Of a stretch of DNA of 64,000 nt, positions 1 to 10,925 are shown one piece after another. Numbering within the stretch: position 1 is the stretch's first letter; the number at the start of each line of letters is the position of its first letter. The notes below the pieces were generated by a model. The model was not told the origin of the DNA, made no database searches, and saw only the letters and a program-made list of their open reading frames with translations. The stretch is from Amoeboaphelidium protococcarum X5 (lineage: Eukaryota > Fungi > Aphelidiomycota): positions 639,484-703,483 of the forward strand of contig JALDTO010000154.1 of the NCBI GenBank assembly GCA_023515725.1, read 5' to 3'. Both the position numbers and the translations under genes were made by a program.

Positions 1-306
1 TGGCCATTTCCAAAGTACATTGAGCTGCTGTTCAGTATTTGAGCGGGAAGAAGACGTCGTACTATAAGTACTATACTTGGATTATTGGATATGTTTAGGA
101 ATTTACTTGAGTGAAAGAGTAATAGTTATACCGGAATGTAGTGGAACTTATTTATGCTCATTTACTTTTAGCTTTCTTGCTATGTTAATTTATTCTACTA
201 CAATAGTATCATAACGAATTTATAGAATCACAGAATCATTTTTATCATCATCATCATCATCAAAAGTAACATTAACAATATCTCTCGACGTCTGTGTGTA
301 TAGTAA

Positions 307-2893
307 TCAAGACATTTCAGAGCCTTGAGTTTGACTACCACCAGTCATCATATTCTGCCTCTCGTCAGAGTCGGTGGGCGCATAATACGAACTGTGTTTG
401 TCCAAATGTCCCTGTGAGCCAGATTTCATTCTGGTAGGACTTTAGCTTCTAAAAGTGTTGAACAAGTTCTTGGCTGCTTTGGTAGGGGATAGGCGATTAA
501 ATTTAGCAGACAGTGACTTGTCGTCCTAATTCACAGATCTTTCATCTCCAGACACTGCACCGCCACCACTCGCATTAAATGAAGAGTAATTATGATGTTG
601 ACCATTTGCAGAAGAGCCGCCATGCTAATCATAATCAGGAGTCATCCCAGGGTCGGGCAACTGACGATCTGGCGCATTCAGATCTGTGGATGAAGTTCGG
701 TGAGTCAGCTCACTGTTAGCCGTAGTGCTGACAGATGGCGGCAATCCAATCATGGTATCGCGCTATGGTGCCTTCTTGGCAGGCAAACTCTCCTCCAACT
801 CAAATTAATGCAGTCTGATCATGGTCACCAACTGCGGATCTCCCTTATCTAATGCCAAATCAATTGCCAACTTTCCACCGGCATTCTTGATGCTACAATC
901 AATTCTTCTCTTCAGCAGATACTAAACAAACTTTTAATCACCGCTCATAATAGCATAATGTAGCGTACTATTACTATCCCGGTCCACGACTTTAATATCG
1001 GCATTCCACACCAAGGCAAAATGCTTCATCAACTAATCATTTCTCTCAATTGCAGCCAACAGAATTGTCTATCCACTACTATTGCGCGTATCTACCGGGC
1101 AACCTTATGCAATACATGTCAGCAGACGGCCGATATCTTTGACATCAAACGCCTACCACAAACTTTATTACAATTCTGCGATTGGCGCCTAATTAACAAA
1201 TTTCTTATTAACATACTTGGCAGCAATCCACTTCTCTTTTTCTAAACGGTCAGATTTGACGGTGGCCTTCTTGACAGAAGATGTCTCTGGAGAATACTAG
1301 GCCTCGTAGATTTCATTAAGTTTCTAATTACCCAACATGATCATCATATCATACGATTCCTGTTCCCATTTATCGAGCAAAAGAGATCTAACCTTGGACA
1401 CCTAGACACCCAAAGATCGATGAATACCAGAGCACTCGATACACAGGAGAATACCCAAATTAATACTTGACCACTCGGCTTAATCATTGCCACAATCAGC
1501 ACAACAACTATTGCCGGGAATAGACTTAATCTACTCAGCCATCTCCCTATTGACTTCAGGTATCTGATCCTTATCCAAGTCGAAAAAGTCATCATCGAGC
1601 TTCTCCTTTGAATGCATATTGCGCAATAAATGATCGGCAGAGTCATCACTATTCAATGCCAACCCAATAGCATTCTATATAACTTCCATCCAATCTTTAA
1701 GATCCTTCTCATTCTCTGCCTGAAGAACATAAGACTTCATGGGGGAGATTAGTTCAAAGCAGAATCTTCTCTCTGGTACTTCAACCAACTTCACTGTGCA
1801 TAGTTTAAGTGCAGCAGCTAAAGTCGCAGGCTCATCCTTGCCCCTGGTGGTGTAAACAAAGTATCCATTCCTGACCACGAACCATCTCCTGGACCAAACT
1901 TGGGTAATTTTGCCTGACCCCTTCTTGATCAAATATCCAGCTTTTGTGGCCACCGGTATCTATTTAATCTTACTAGGATACACCGGACGGGTCAGAGGAT
2001 TGTAATATGGCACTGCATTCTTCAATTCTTGCTCACGAACATCTTTAATTCCCACCTGATACTCCTAATGCTACAATCGGACACTGTTCAAATACTTGGA
2101 AAACTCCTAAATCGTGGGATCCAGCTCATGCATAAACTCGTAACACTAATGATAAAAACTGCTCTGCAGCTGAATAAAAGCAAGAAGGGTTTCCAGATAC
2201 TCGACACGCTTCAACTTCTGGAAGGCATTCAGCTCTTCCGCATGCTAAATACTCTTCTAGTGGAAATCATATCGTACATGAGCAACCTCTTCAGCGGCCA
2301 TCTCCAGCTGATTCTAACTATTAGCCATTGCAGTGGCCTGAGCCTGGTCTCCCTTCTAAATGGTGATCAATTTCTGACTAGGATCAAATGGTCTCTTGGA
2401 CAAATACTTTTCCAGAGCCGAGTCCACCTTATCACTCATCTACTCAAACTGCTTCTTGCTCTCCTTCACCAAATGAATGTCTCTCTTTACAAAAGTGTCC
2501 GACTGATCCACAAATATCAACTGCATCTACTGCGCCATAATCTTACGAGCCTTCTCCACCTCATACATGCTCGATATGAAAGACTTGATGGACAGGTCAA
2601 CAGTTTGATCATCAGACTCCAAGTGACACATATTGTTCAAATCATGACAAAACTGAAGCTATTTAGTAGACATATCTACATACAATATATCTGATAAAAG
2701 AGTATAGATGAATACATATAATGTGAATATATAATAGCATACCTCCAGACAAATCGATAGTGCCTTTGACAGACTTCATCAACCCCTTCACTACGGACTC
2801 CAACTGATGGATCTAATTCTCATTAATACTCAGACTTTATCTATAGCCAGGGGAGTCTCTAAACGCCTGCGTTATATCAATCAACTCTTTCAT
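307..2893 (-). CDS. ACAP/centaurin-beta type ArfGAP (BAR-PH-ArfGAP-ankyrin); one 5' intron at 2676(or 2691)-2742
   Basis: With TAR=Gln: MKELIDITQAFRDSPGYR (BAR start), PH domain KAGYLIKKG...WSRRWFVV...LQAENEKDLKDWMEVI, ArfGAP zinc finger [41 protein letters not shown], then a region consistent with ankyrin repeats; GTATGC..AG intron; TGA at 307-309. Confidence 0.92.
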
Positions 2894-3026
2894 GGTATAT
2901 CAATTAATTAATAACAATTAAAACGTTAACTCAAAAAGATGATGATTAATGTTCAATTAGTAATTGAGCTGTATTGTAATAAAATGCCCAGATTAGAGAA
3001 CAATCCCACAATTGTGATTGATTGAT

Positions 3027-3048
3027 GAGAGAGAGAGAGAGAGAGAGA
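3027..3048. repeat. (GA)11 microsatellite; a CT tract on the sense strand upstream of the ArfGAP gene
   Basis: Directly visible; about 135 nt upstream of the minus-strand ATG at 2893. Confidence 0.9.
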
Positions 3049-3473
3049 AGAGAAACGGAAAAGTTTGACACTCGCTCGAATTCTTTTCTCTTCACTCCCT
3101 CTTTGGGCGTTCGTTCTCTAATCTGTTTTAAACAGGGAGGTCGTTTCACACTGCGCCACATTTCCTATCGTAATTCTTTATTCTCAGTCTTTTCTCATAT
3201 ATTAGATCATCTACTTACTTACAGAATGCATGCATCTGTAGTGAATTACCAGAAATTAATTTCAACGTTCCTTGGTTACGCGGCGAGAGTTAATTTCACG
3301 TCTCGCTTTTGCCTGCACACACATATTTCCCGTTCCTTCAGTGTGTGTGTGGGTGTGTGTGCTGAAACAACTATAGCAAAACAGTTGCAAATTTCGTAGA
3401 ACCGCCTGTAGGGAAGGAAGAAGTGAGAAAGAGAGAATTAACAAAAAACCAAGAAAATCATATCAATTAAAAA

Positions 3474-3758
3474 ATGTAAACAATTCTTGCTGCAGCTGTC
3501 GGATACTCGATTGGTTTGTAGTAAAATTAATATTTTGGATCAGATTCATTGTCCGGTCTCACAGTTCTTCCTCGTAATAAATTCAGTTTGATTGTGGCCG
3601 CCGCTAGTTTATCTATTGTATATACCGCTTTGGTCTATCTCATTTACCGCTGTCTACCTCCGGAACTTGTGAACGATCGACCCGGCCTTACACCACGGTA
3701 ACAATAGTTGCAATCATCTCGGTACTTTAGAGAATTTAGACGTAGAGGTAGTTTCTGA
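3474..3758 (+). CDS. 94-aa single-pass membrane microprotein / uORF immediately upstream of GPI1
   Basis: AAAAA-ATG context; MQTILAAAVGYSIGLQQNQYFGSDSLSGLTVLPRNKFSLIVAAASLSIVYTALVYLIYRCLPPELVNDRPGLTPRQQQLQSSRYFREFRRRGSF-TGA; one clear hydrophobic helix; stop 40 nt before the GPI1 ATG. Confidence 0.6.
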
Positions 3759-3798
3759 ATACTTGGTGCTCTGTATAGCATTATTATCTGGATATTAG

Positions 3799-6096
3799 AT
3801 GGATAAAGTTGTTGTTTTATTTCCCTCTAGCCTTTAATTGGAGGCTGACTGCGGCTTTCTGGTTGGTTGGAATTCATCGCCCTCTCAGTGCTGTGTGGCT
3901 GCTGTTGTATACTAGTCCTCTTTTAAGGAGTTGACTGATGTTTGTACTGAATTGAATAAAGATTATAAAGAATGCAAGTACATGAATGAAATAGCTGGTG
4001 CGGAGGCTTGCGTTTTGGGACAAATATATAAAGATAAGTAGACTTATAGCTAGTTGAATCGCTCGTCTTCAAGAATGTAGCAGTAATACATTACGGATTC
4101 AACATTCTGGTTAGAGTTGGTTTTTGATGATGATAGTAATGGTACAGGTACCGGCTTGGATTTTCTGGCTCTTTCGTTAAATGGTCTTCCATAGTAAGGT
4201 CTCAATGTCTAAATGATATTTTACCGTCCTACTGATTCTTTTGATCTCTAATTCTATTCCATCTATCCAATGAGTTTAGACGTGGATTTGCGGACGATTG
4301 TATAGAATGTGGATGCTGTCAGTAGTAAGGCCTCTATCCATTCCTCCCTTTAGTCGTCATTAGAAGCTAAGGTTTTATCTCATGCTTATGATGGTGAAAT
4401 GGAGGGCCAATCGAGTAGCGATATCAATCATAACAGTAAATCAAATGACTTTTCGGTACTTATCGCTCAGGCAAATTGCTCTAATGATTTTAGAAAGATA
4501 CTTACTGATTAATGTAAAGAAATGAAGCTTGATGCAATTGTTTTAAAGGGTCGTTAGAATTTGACTGTACTTTACCTTGCTAGATTGATGATATTGCAGT
4601 TTATATCGTCAATATTTACTATATTTGGAAAATTGGTTAGACTCCTTAAGTATCCTGTATCTATGGCAATAATGATATTGCGAGTTATATGTGAAATTAT
4701 AATATTGGTCATTAATTTTTAAATTGGGAATAGCATATCCTTGGTTAGTTTATCCAATATTGCACGTCAAATTAATCTGAGACTGCAATAGGCTTGCTTC
4801 TGGCCCTGGCAGTACGCAGTATTCCTGCGTCCTGGATGGAGAAAGTCTGTTAGGAATCGAGCGCATTATATCAATTTTTATAATACAGTCTGGTTGGTGG
4901 CGAATGACGTTATTATGGGTATAGCATTTGGCACTTTTATCTACGAGAATAGACACTAACTTACCAAGTATCTATCCAGTTGCCTACATTTCATCAATGA
5001 CGATGTGATTGAGAACGCCATAGGTTGGTTGATGGGATGGCCTGCTGGGTTGAAGTTGAATGATAATTTGGACAAGTTTATTGGGGAGCTGTTTCTATGG
5101 CTTCTCCAGATGTGGATTCATGTTATAGGCATAGTTATGAATGTAATGCCATAACTTTTGGGCCTGGTTGGAATGAGTGGAGTCTTTGGTTGTACAATGA
5201 TATTGGCTATTGCTGCGGACTTGTCTTTCTTATTGAATCTGCATATAGTTCTATTTTATACTTTTGCTGCGAAAATATACAATTGGTAGTTGTAGATATT
5301 GTATTCGCTGTTTAATCTGTTCCGAGGTAAGAAGTTTAATGCTCTGAGATTGCGTCTCGACTCTTGCGATTATGATTTAGATCAACTGTTGCTGGGGACT
5401 ATTCTGTTTACTCTATTCTCCTTTCTCTATCCTACGGTCATAGTATACTATGTGTTATTCTGTGTGTGTCGTGTGGTTAGCATTTTATATCAAGTGGTAA
5501 TTAAGATCCTATTGGCATTCCTCAACCATTTCCCCTTGTTTGCATTAATGCTCCGAGTAAAAGATCCATCTAGGCTGCCTGGTGGAATTTGGTTTAAATT
5601 TTTATCAGAGTCTGGCGACAGTAAAATGGCTAAGTTGAATGAAGTTGATGAAGATGAAGAACTGTATTTGAGGCGCGCATCAGCTTAAAGTTCACGAACT
5701 CACAGTCGGTAATCATCGCGATCCGGTGGAGCTGCTGTAGGTGCGGCTAGTATAATACAAGATCGTGCTCCGTACAATATGACTCCATCACTGGTATATA
5801 ATTTGTAGCGTCATCGCAACTCTTGGAACAAGATATAAAAAATGGAGTTGTGCAATAATCCGATTAGTGTTATTACAATCTTCTATCAGTATAAGTTGCT
5901 TCTCAAGTAGTTGTCAGAGTATTATCCAATGCATTATGTGATAATGTCTTTGCTTTATGGTGAACCTATAAAATCAAGCCCGAATTTGTAGTATCCTAAT
6001 CTGCCTGACGATAGACCGTCCATGCAAACCTATTGGACATTTCTTATCAGTCTTTTATCTTCTGAATAGCCGTCTTAGGAACCGGAAGAAATTTGA
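3799..6096 (+). CDS. GPI1: GPI-GlcNAc transferase subunit Gpi1/PIG-Q
   Basis: YINFYNTVWLVANDVIMG, WLMGWPAGLKLNDNLDKFIGELFLW, LYSLFNLFRGKKFNALRLRLDSCDYDLDQLLLGTILFT; single frame to TGA at 6094-6096. Confidence 0.95.
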
Positions 6097-6152
6097 ATTG
6101 AAGAGAAAAATAAATATTGGACATATCATAATTCAACATTATTATACATTGA

Positions 6153-6986
6153 TCAACTGCATTACCACGTAAATATGAGAATAATGACTGAAAGAAGGAA
6201 GGCGGTGGTTCCAATTAAGGCCACCTCAAGACCAGCTGTCTCGAATACTTGAGCAGTCGGCGGGCTCTCGAGGGACTCGCGCCATTGATAGAATTCGCTG
6301 GCAAACTATTTATCACCTGCAGGTATAGGAACGTGATATATCTACCCTAACAGGTCTTCTGATTTGCATTCAAGCTCATAAATTTCTATGTCGATCAATT
6401 CCTGGATTAATTACCGCCTTGAGGGAAGATCACACTACGGATCGCTTTACTGATTGTTTTGCTATGGGCCTTACTACAACGTAACTTGCCGAGGAGCAGC
6501 ACTTAAATCTACCATCTCGATCTCCTCATCCGCACCAGCTTTGACTGAATACTCAGCTTACACCTCAATATCATCATTATTATCATCATCATGCTAAGAA
6601 TCAGAATCATTATCATTTACCAGCCCCTCTTGACTAGCGCGAACAGCTTTACGATTGGATCCTATCTAAGCGGATTCCTACCGCTACCTCCCAATAGACT
6701 AATCCTACTACTAACTTTAGCCATACTTGAGCGACATCTTTTTTAAACTCCATCGTCGACCAAACCATCCAATTATAAATGTGATCACCGCAAAAACAAT
6801 TAAACTAATTCCAATACGTCTCAGGCCACACGATTTTTCCAACGCTGGCGTAAGACCATATAATCGCAGTAGAAACATTCCAATAGTAATCAACTACAAG
6901 CAAGTGCGCATATATCCCAAGTCAAAAGTTCGCTCAGTAGCCGCAACCTCCAAATGCTCTTTAGCATAATTTACTCCGTCAGACAT
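6153..6986 (-). CDS. DUF202 (YidH/Vtc1-like) membrane protein with a long acidic/Gln-rich insertion
   Basis: N-terminal AATERTFDLGYMRTCLQLITIG resembles the ANERTFLAWxRT DUF202 motif; two TM segments, a long polar loop, C-terminal TM; 277 aa. Confidence 0.65.
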
Positions 6987-7123
6987 ATCTGGACTTTTTA
7001 CGATTATATAAAGCAATTCAGTTCTAATCTTACAAATTGAAGAAACCGAGTTCAACTTTCCTGATCGCAGTTATTCAATTCTGGCGTTCCTACAGCAGCT
7101 GTAACTTTAATTGACTGATTACA

Positions 7124-7447
7124 ATGGAGAACGCGTAGATCTAAAGTGATCACGGTGATTAAGAAATGGCAATAGAAAATGACACGTCTAGTGTTGTGAG
7201 AATAGTTGCCTAAATTGAAAAGTTGCAAGCGGCTGTACCTCAGCTCCTGGATATTGCCGCAGATGGTTGCACAGTTATCTCGTAGTTGACACAAGCATAA
7301 AGTGAAGATGTAATTTAATCTAAAACTGAATAGATTCAAGACATCACAGAAGCATACTATGAGTTACTAGCTAAACTTCGGATGGCTACGCGATAAATTG
7401 TACAAGAGATTGAAGATTAGTTGAATGCCGCGACCAGGACTGAGTGA
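7124..7447 (+). CDS. Small helical protein, probable Mediator subunit Med11
   Basis: 107 aa; IEKLQAAVPQLLDIAA...ITEAYYELLAKLRMATRQIVQEIE follows the Med11 helical pattern; ends in TGA. Confidence 0.5.
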
Positions 7448-7681
7448 ATGATTTTTGTTCAGATTGATATTGGATTTTAGCTGTTCTCTTTATAAAACTT
7501 TGGATTTGATCTTTACAACTCCTGAGCGTCCTAATTTAAAAAATGTTAATATTATTCTTCATACTTACTTGAGCAAATTTTATTCCCACTTATGATACTC
7601 TCTCCAACTTCGTTCGCTGATCATTTCTTCTTTCTATCGCCCCAGAATCATCTTACCTTACAACACATAAACGCGTAAATA

Positions 7682-7957
7682 ATGTCGACATCCGCGTCTT
7701 TATCGCCATCTGAGTAGGCAGCGTAGAAGGAACTATAGTAATTTCTTTTGATGGAACAGTAGAAGGCCAAGTTTTAGTAGCAGGTGCATACATTCACGTC
7801 AATGTGCTGGGAAAAGTGTCCAATTGGATCTGTGAGTGCGTGGAAGCTCGGCTCTAAATTGGACAAGGCCGATGTTGACTGCCTCGGTAATTGCGTGGAG
7901 AGATTTCTTGATACTGGCGCATTATTGCTGAAGCGCTTGGAATAATACGGCGGATGA
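7682..7957 (+). CDS. TIM8: Mitochondrial small Tim chaperone Tim8
   Basis: ELQQFLLMEQQKAKFQQQVHTFTSMCWEKC...CLGNCVERFLDT, twin CX3C; many of the conserved Gln are TAG/TAA. Confidence 0.95.
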
Positions 7958-8310
7958 TTGAATAATGATATTGGTAATAGATATTTTTCATTCCTCTACC
8001 ATAATTGATTGAGGCTTGATCATAGTTGTTTTGTTTTACCGCGTTTTCCCTATAACGAAACCAATGGGAGCATGTTAAGCTGATTCCCTTCGTTTCTTCA
8101 TTTTAAGACTTGCCTGAATTATTAGTCCCCAGTTATTAAAGTACTTAGCGGGGGCTTTATTTAAGATATACTGTAACTAAGTTTGCGCTTAAATTAAAGC
8201 CATGACATCACAGTAATGGCTTTTTGGGAAAATACTCTATTTCAGTCCAAGTGTAAGAGATACAACATGGACAATACTTAATAGATAATGAGACTTTGTA
8301 TCCGCGGTAG

Positions 8311-9366
8311 ATGTGTATGCATTGATTAGCTCATACCTTTTTTCACGTCCTAACAATGTTTGAGAATGTTTTCTCTATTATTGTGGGAGCTATTCGGTTT
8401 ATTCAGCCAATAGCTGATCGGCTTCGCTCCTTGTATTTGGAAAGCTTGAAGCAGCACGAGAAGTTCTATTGTTCAGCTATTCACCCGTCTTTTATGCAGA
8501 AAGTAATAGTTTTGCTGAACGCCTTGGTCTGGTTAAAAGTAGGAGCTTAATACTGGTACATCTATGGCCGTTTAAAAGGTTTGGCATCATCTTTAGATTC
8601 GATGAGACTGAATTGTGTGTTGGTTGAGAAGAGATGAGTTTACTTAAATTGCGCATACTCTGCTATCCCATAACTTAATAACTTTAGAATTAAAAGTGGC
8701 TGATGACTTATACTGCAGAATTGAGAACGTAGTAGTAGAGCGTAAACACCAAGATCTGAAGTGGATTCGCCAGTTCTGAATAATGGCGTAGACTGAACAC
8801 TCGTCTTACCGTAGAACAATACTGAATTAGCAAGACTTAGAGAAGGGATTAGAGTTGATAATAAGTCCATGCTGATGGCCCGAAATGTAAATATGCATTA
8901 GTTGGATTTCCTTTTTAATCGTACTAGAGTTTAAATAAAGTTTGAATAATGTGGTATAGCTGTTACGTGGGCTGCTTTTACAATTAGTACTGGCAGAGAC
9001 ACGGGAACCACCGTTCCAATGGACATATTTTTCAGTCATGGAAAACGCTATTTCCAGATAATATTATTTTCAATTACTCAAATTCACTCTTCAAAAAAAT
9101 ATCCTTCAAAAAACTCTTCTCAGAAGAACCGTGTCAACAGAGGCGGACCCCTTGATCAGCCACATGCGAACGACTCAATCTTCATAACCTGAGAAACCGT
9201 CAATACATCTAACAATAGCGGCTACTGTAGAGCAGGCTTTGAGTGATCCACAGACTGTAAGGGGGGCGTTATCTCGTGAAGATGCGGATTATGGTTGTAA
9301 GCTATAGATATTGCGCGTTAGTCGTCTCTGGAATATATCACATTTGAGCTGGTTTTACCTGAAAAG
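8311..9366 (+). mobile_element. Decayed Ty1/copia LTR-retrotransposon fragment (integrase core and start of RT)
   Basis: Frameshifted motifs FFHVLTMFENVFSIIVGAIRF, YSPVFYAESNSFAERLGLVKSRSLILVHLWPF (cf. PYTPQQNGVAER..ARSML..LW) and SDPQTVRGALSREDAD/WLQAIDIARQSSLEYITFELVLP (cf. EPxTYxEA...WxxAMxxExxSLxxNxTWxLV); IN-before-RT order; no LTRs found. Confidence 0.6.
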
Positions 9367-9625
9367 TATACTGGCTACAGAGAATTGTACCGTGGTTTGT
9401 GAGCTAGCAGTCTGATTTGGTTGAGTTACAATCCTTGGTGTATTCCAATGACAAAGTGAAAACTCTCAATGATGGTGCCTCTTCTTTCTGAAAAGTACTG
9501 TCTAAATATAGAGCAGCTCTATGACAGCGCATTTACCTAATACTTCACTCTCTTCCTCACATCGATCTGTCAAAGTTGAAAATCTAAGAAATAGTTGACG
9601 CAAATCAAAAGCCCTGTTGTTTCAA

Positions 9626-10194
9626 ATGCTAATCTTTAGTGGAATCGTTGGTATCCAAACGGTTGCAAAGTTCAAAAATAGTAATCTTTATTCATTGTAC
9701 GAATATGGGTTCCCATTGGTATGCTCTGCATACACATTTGCCTTTAATAAACCAGATACTGACTCTCATTGTATATTTGGCCAAAGGATGACGCGTCAGG
9801 CAGGGACTTTTGTGTCTACCCTCCTGAAGTTGGAGGATTGTGCTAAATCACAGGAGAGTTTATTTATAAGAATAGGTATCTTATGATCAGCACTACATAG
9901 TTTTATCCTGTTGAAACATCATTTGAAGGCTTTGCTCCTGCTGCTATTGTCACTTTGACTGGGGCGATCAAGAAGTGCGATGCTAGTAAGGTTGTAGTTG
10001 AAGAATATGTCTTCCAGTCTGACAAGGAAGTCGAAGTTACTTGCAAGTACCTGGCTTAAAGGTATGAAGGGTTGACCTCTTCCAAGGGCTTTAAGTCAAA
10101 ACGCGTCTTGAGCGTGTCTGGCCAGCTGGTAAGTTGGAACGGGCTAAAATTTTCAACTGATCAGCTTCATCGGTGCGCGAAACACGCTCCCTGA
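9626..10194 (+). pseudogene. Frameshifted ORF of unknown function, beta-rich (possibly OB-fold-like)
   Basis: Two protein-like frames joined by a shift near 9760-9770: MLIFSGIVGIQTVAK... then ...PPEVGGLCQITGEFIYK...IVTLTGAIKK...RVLSVSGQLVSW-TGA. Confidence 0.3.
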
Positions 10195-10925
10195 CTAGTA
10201 AAGTTATTTTAATAATAATAATATTGAAGTAGAATAATTTCTTCCGAAGCGGATTAAAAGGCCGTCTAATTATTAAGTGCTCTTCAAATTAATTGAATTT
10301 CTTGGAAACACTTGGTACATAAGAGTAGATAGTGTCATCGTGAGAATGGTGCAGATGGCTTTTCAGACAGTTAAATCAATAGAGTTACTCCATAGTTTGG
10401 AAAATCGGCGCGAAATCGTCTTACTTTGCATAAGATTTTAAAGCTGAATTAAATATATCAATGCGTGAATCTTTGACTTTTTAAACACTGATTCTTGCGT
10501 TAGATTTCTTTAGACATTTTTGTTTGAGAGTTAGTGATTTGAAAATAACATTCAAATCAGGGCTACTCATACCAGATTAATGTTGAGTTTAGAGACGCAT
10601 ACAATACGCAGTCTGATCAGCACCCTCCACGTGAGACTGCCTACACTGTTTCAATGTGTTAGGCTCGAACAATGCGGACCAGATCATGTGCGAGAATGAA
10701 ACGCGTCCTCTATAATCAGTGTTAAATGTCAGACAAAAGCCACATCACGTAAAACGGCTACCGAATGAGACTTTTGTGAGCGCGTCAAGTGAAACAGCGA
10801 AGCGCCGAGTTTCTTAACTGATTCATGATTTTCATTCCTTCTTCTTTCAGACAGCCAGAAACCTTCTGCTTCTTATTGCTCTTTGAATTGTCGTGTCCTA
10901 TTGGCCATTTTTAATAAACTGAGAG

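Noticed and set aside
1-42. Possible 3' end of a + strand gene (WPFPKYIELLFSI-TGA)
   Set aside because: Too short to support
7561-7575. ATACTTACTTG resembling the U1 snRNA 5' end
   Set aside because: Mismatch in ACTTACCTG and no U1 loops or Sm site downstream
8124-8158. AGTCCCC...GGGGGCT resembling the RNase MRP P4 helix
   Set aside because: The strands are only about 20 nt apart; a simple hairpin
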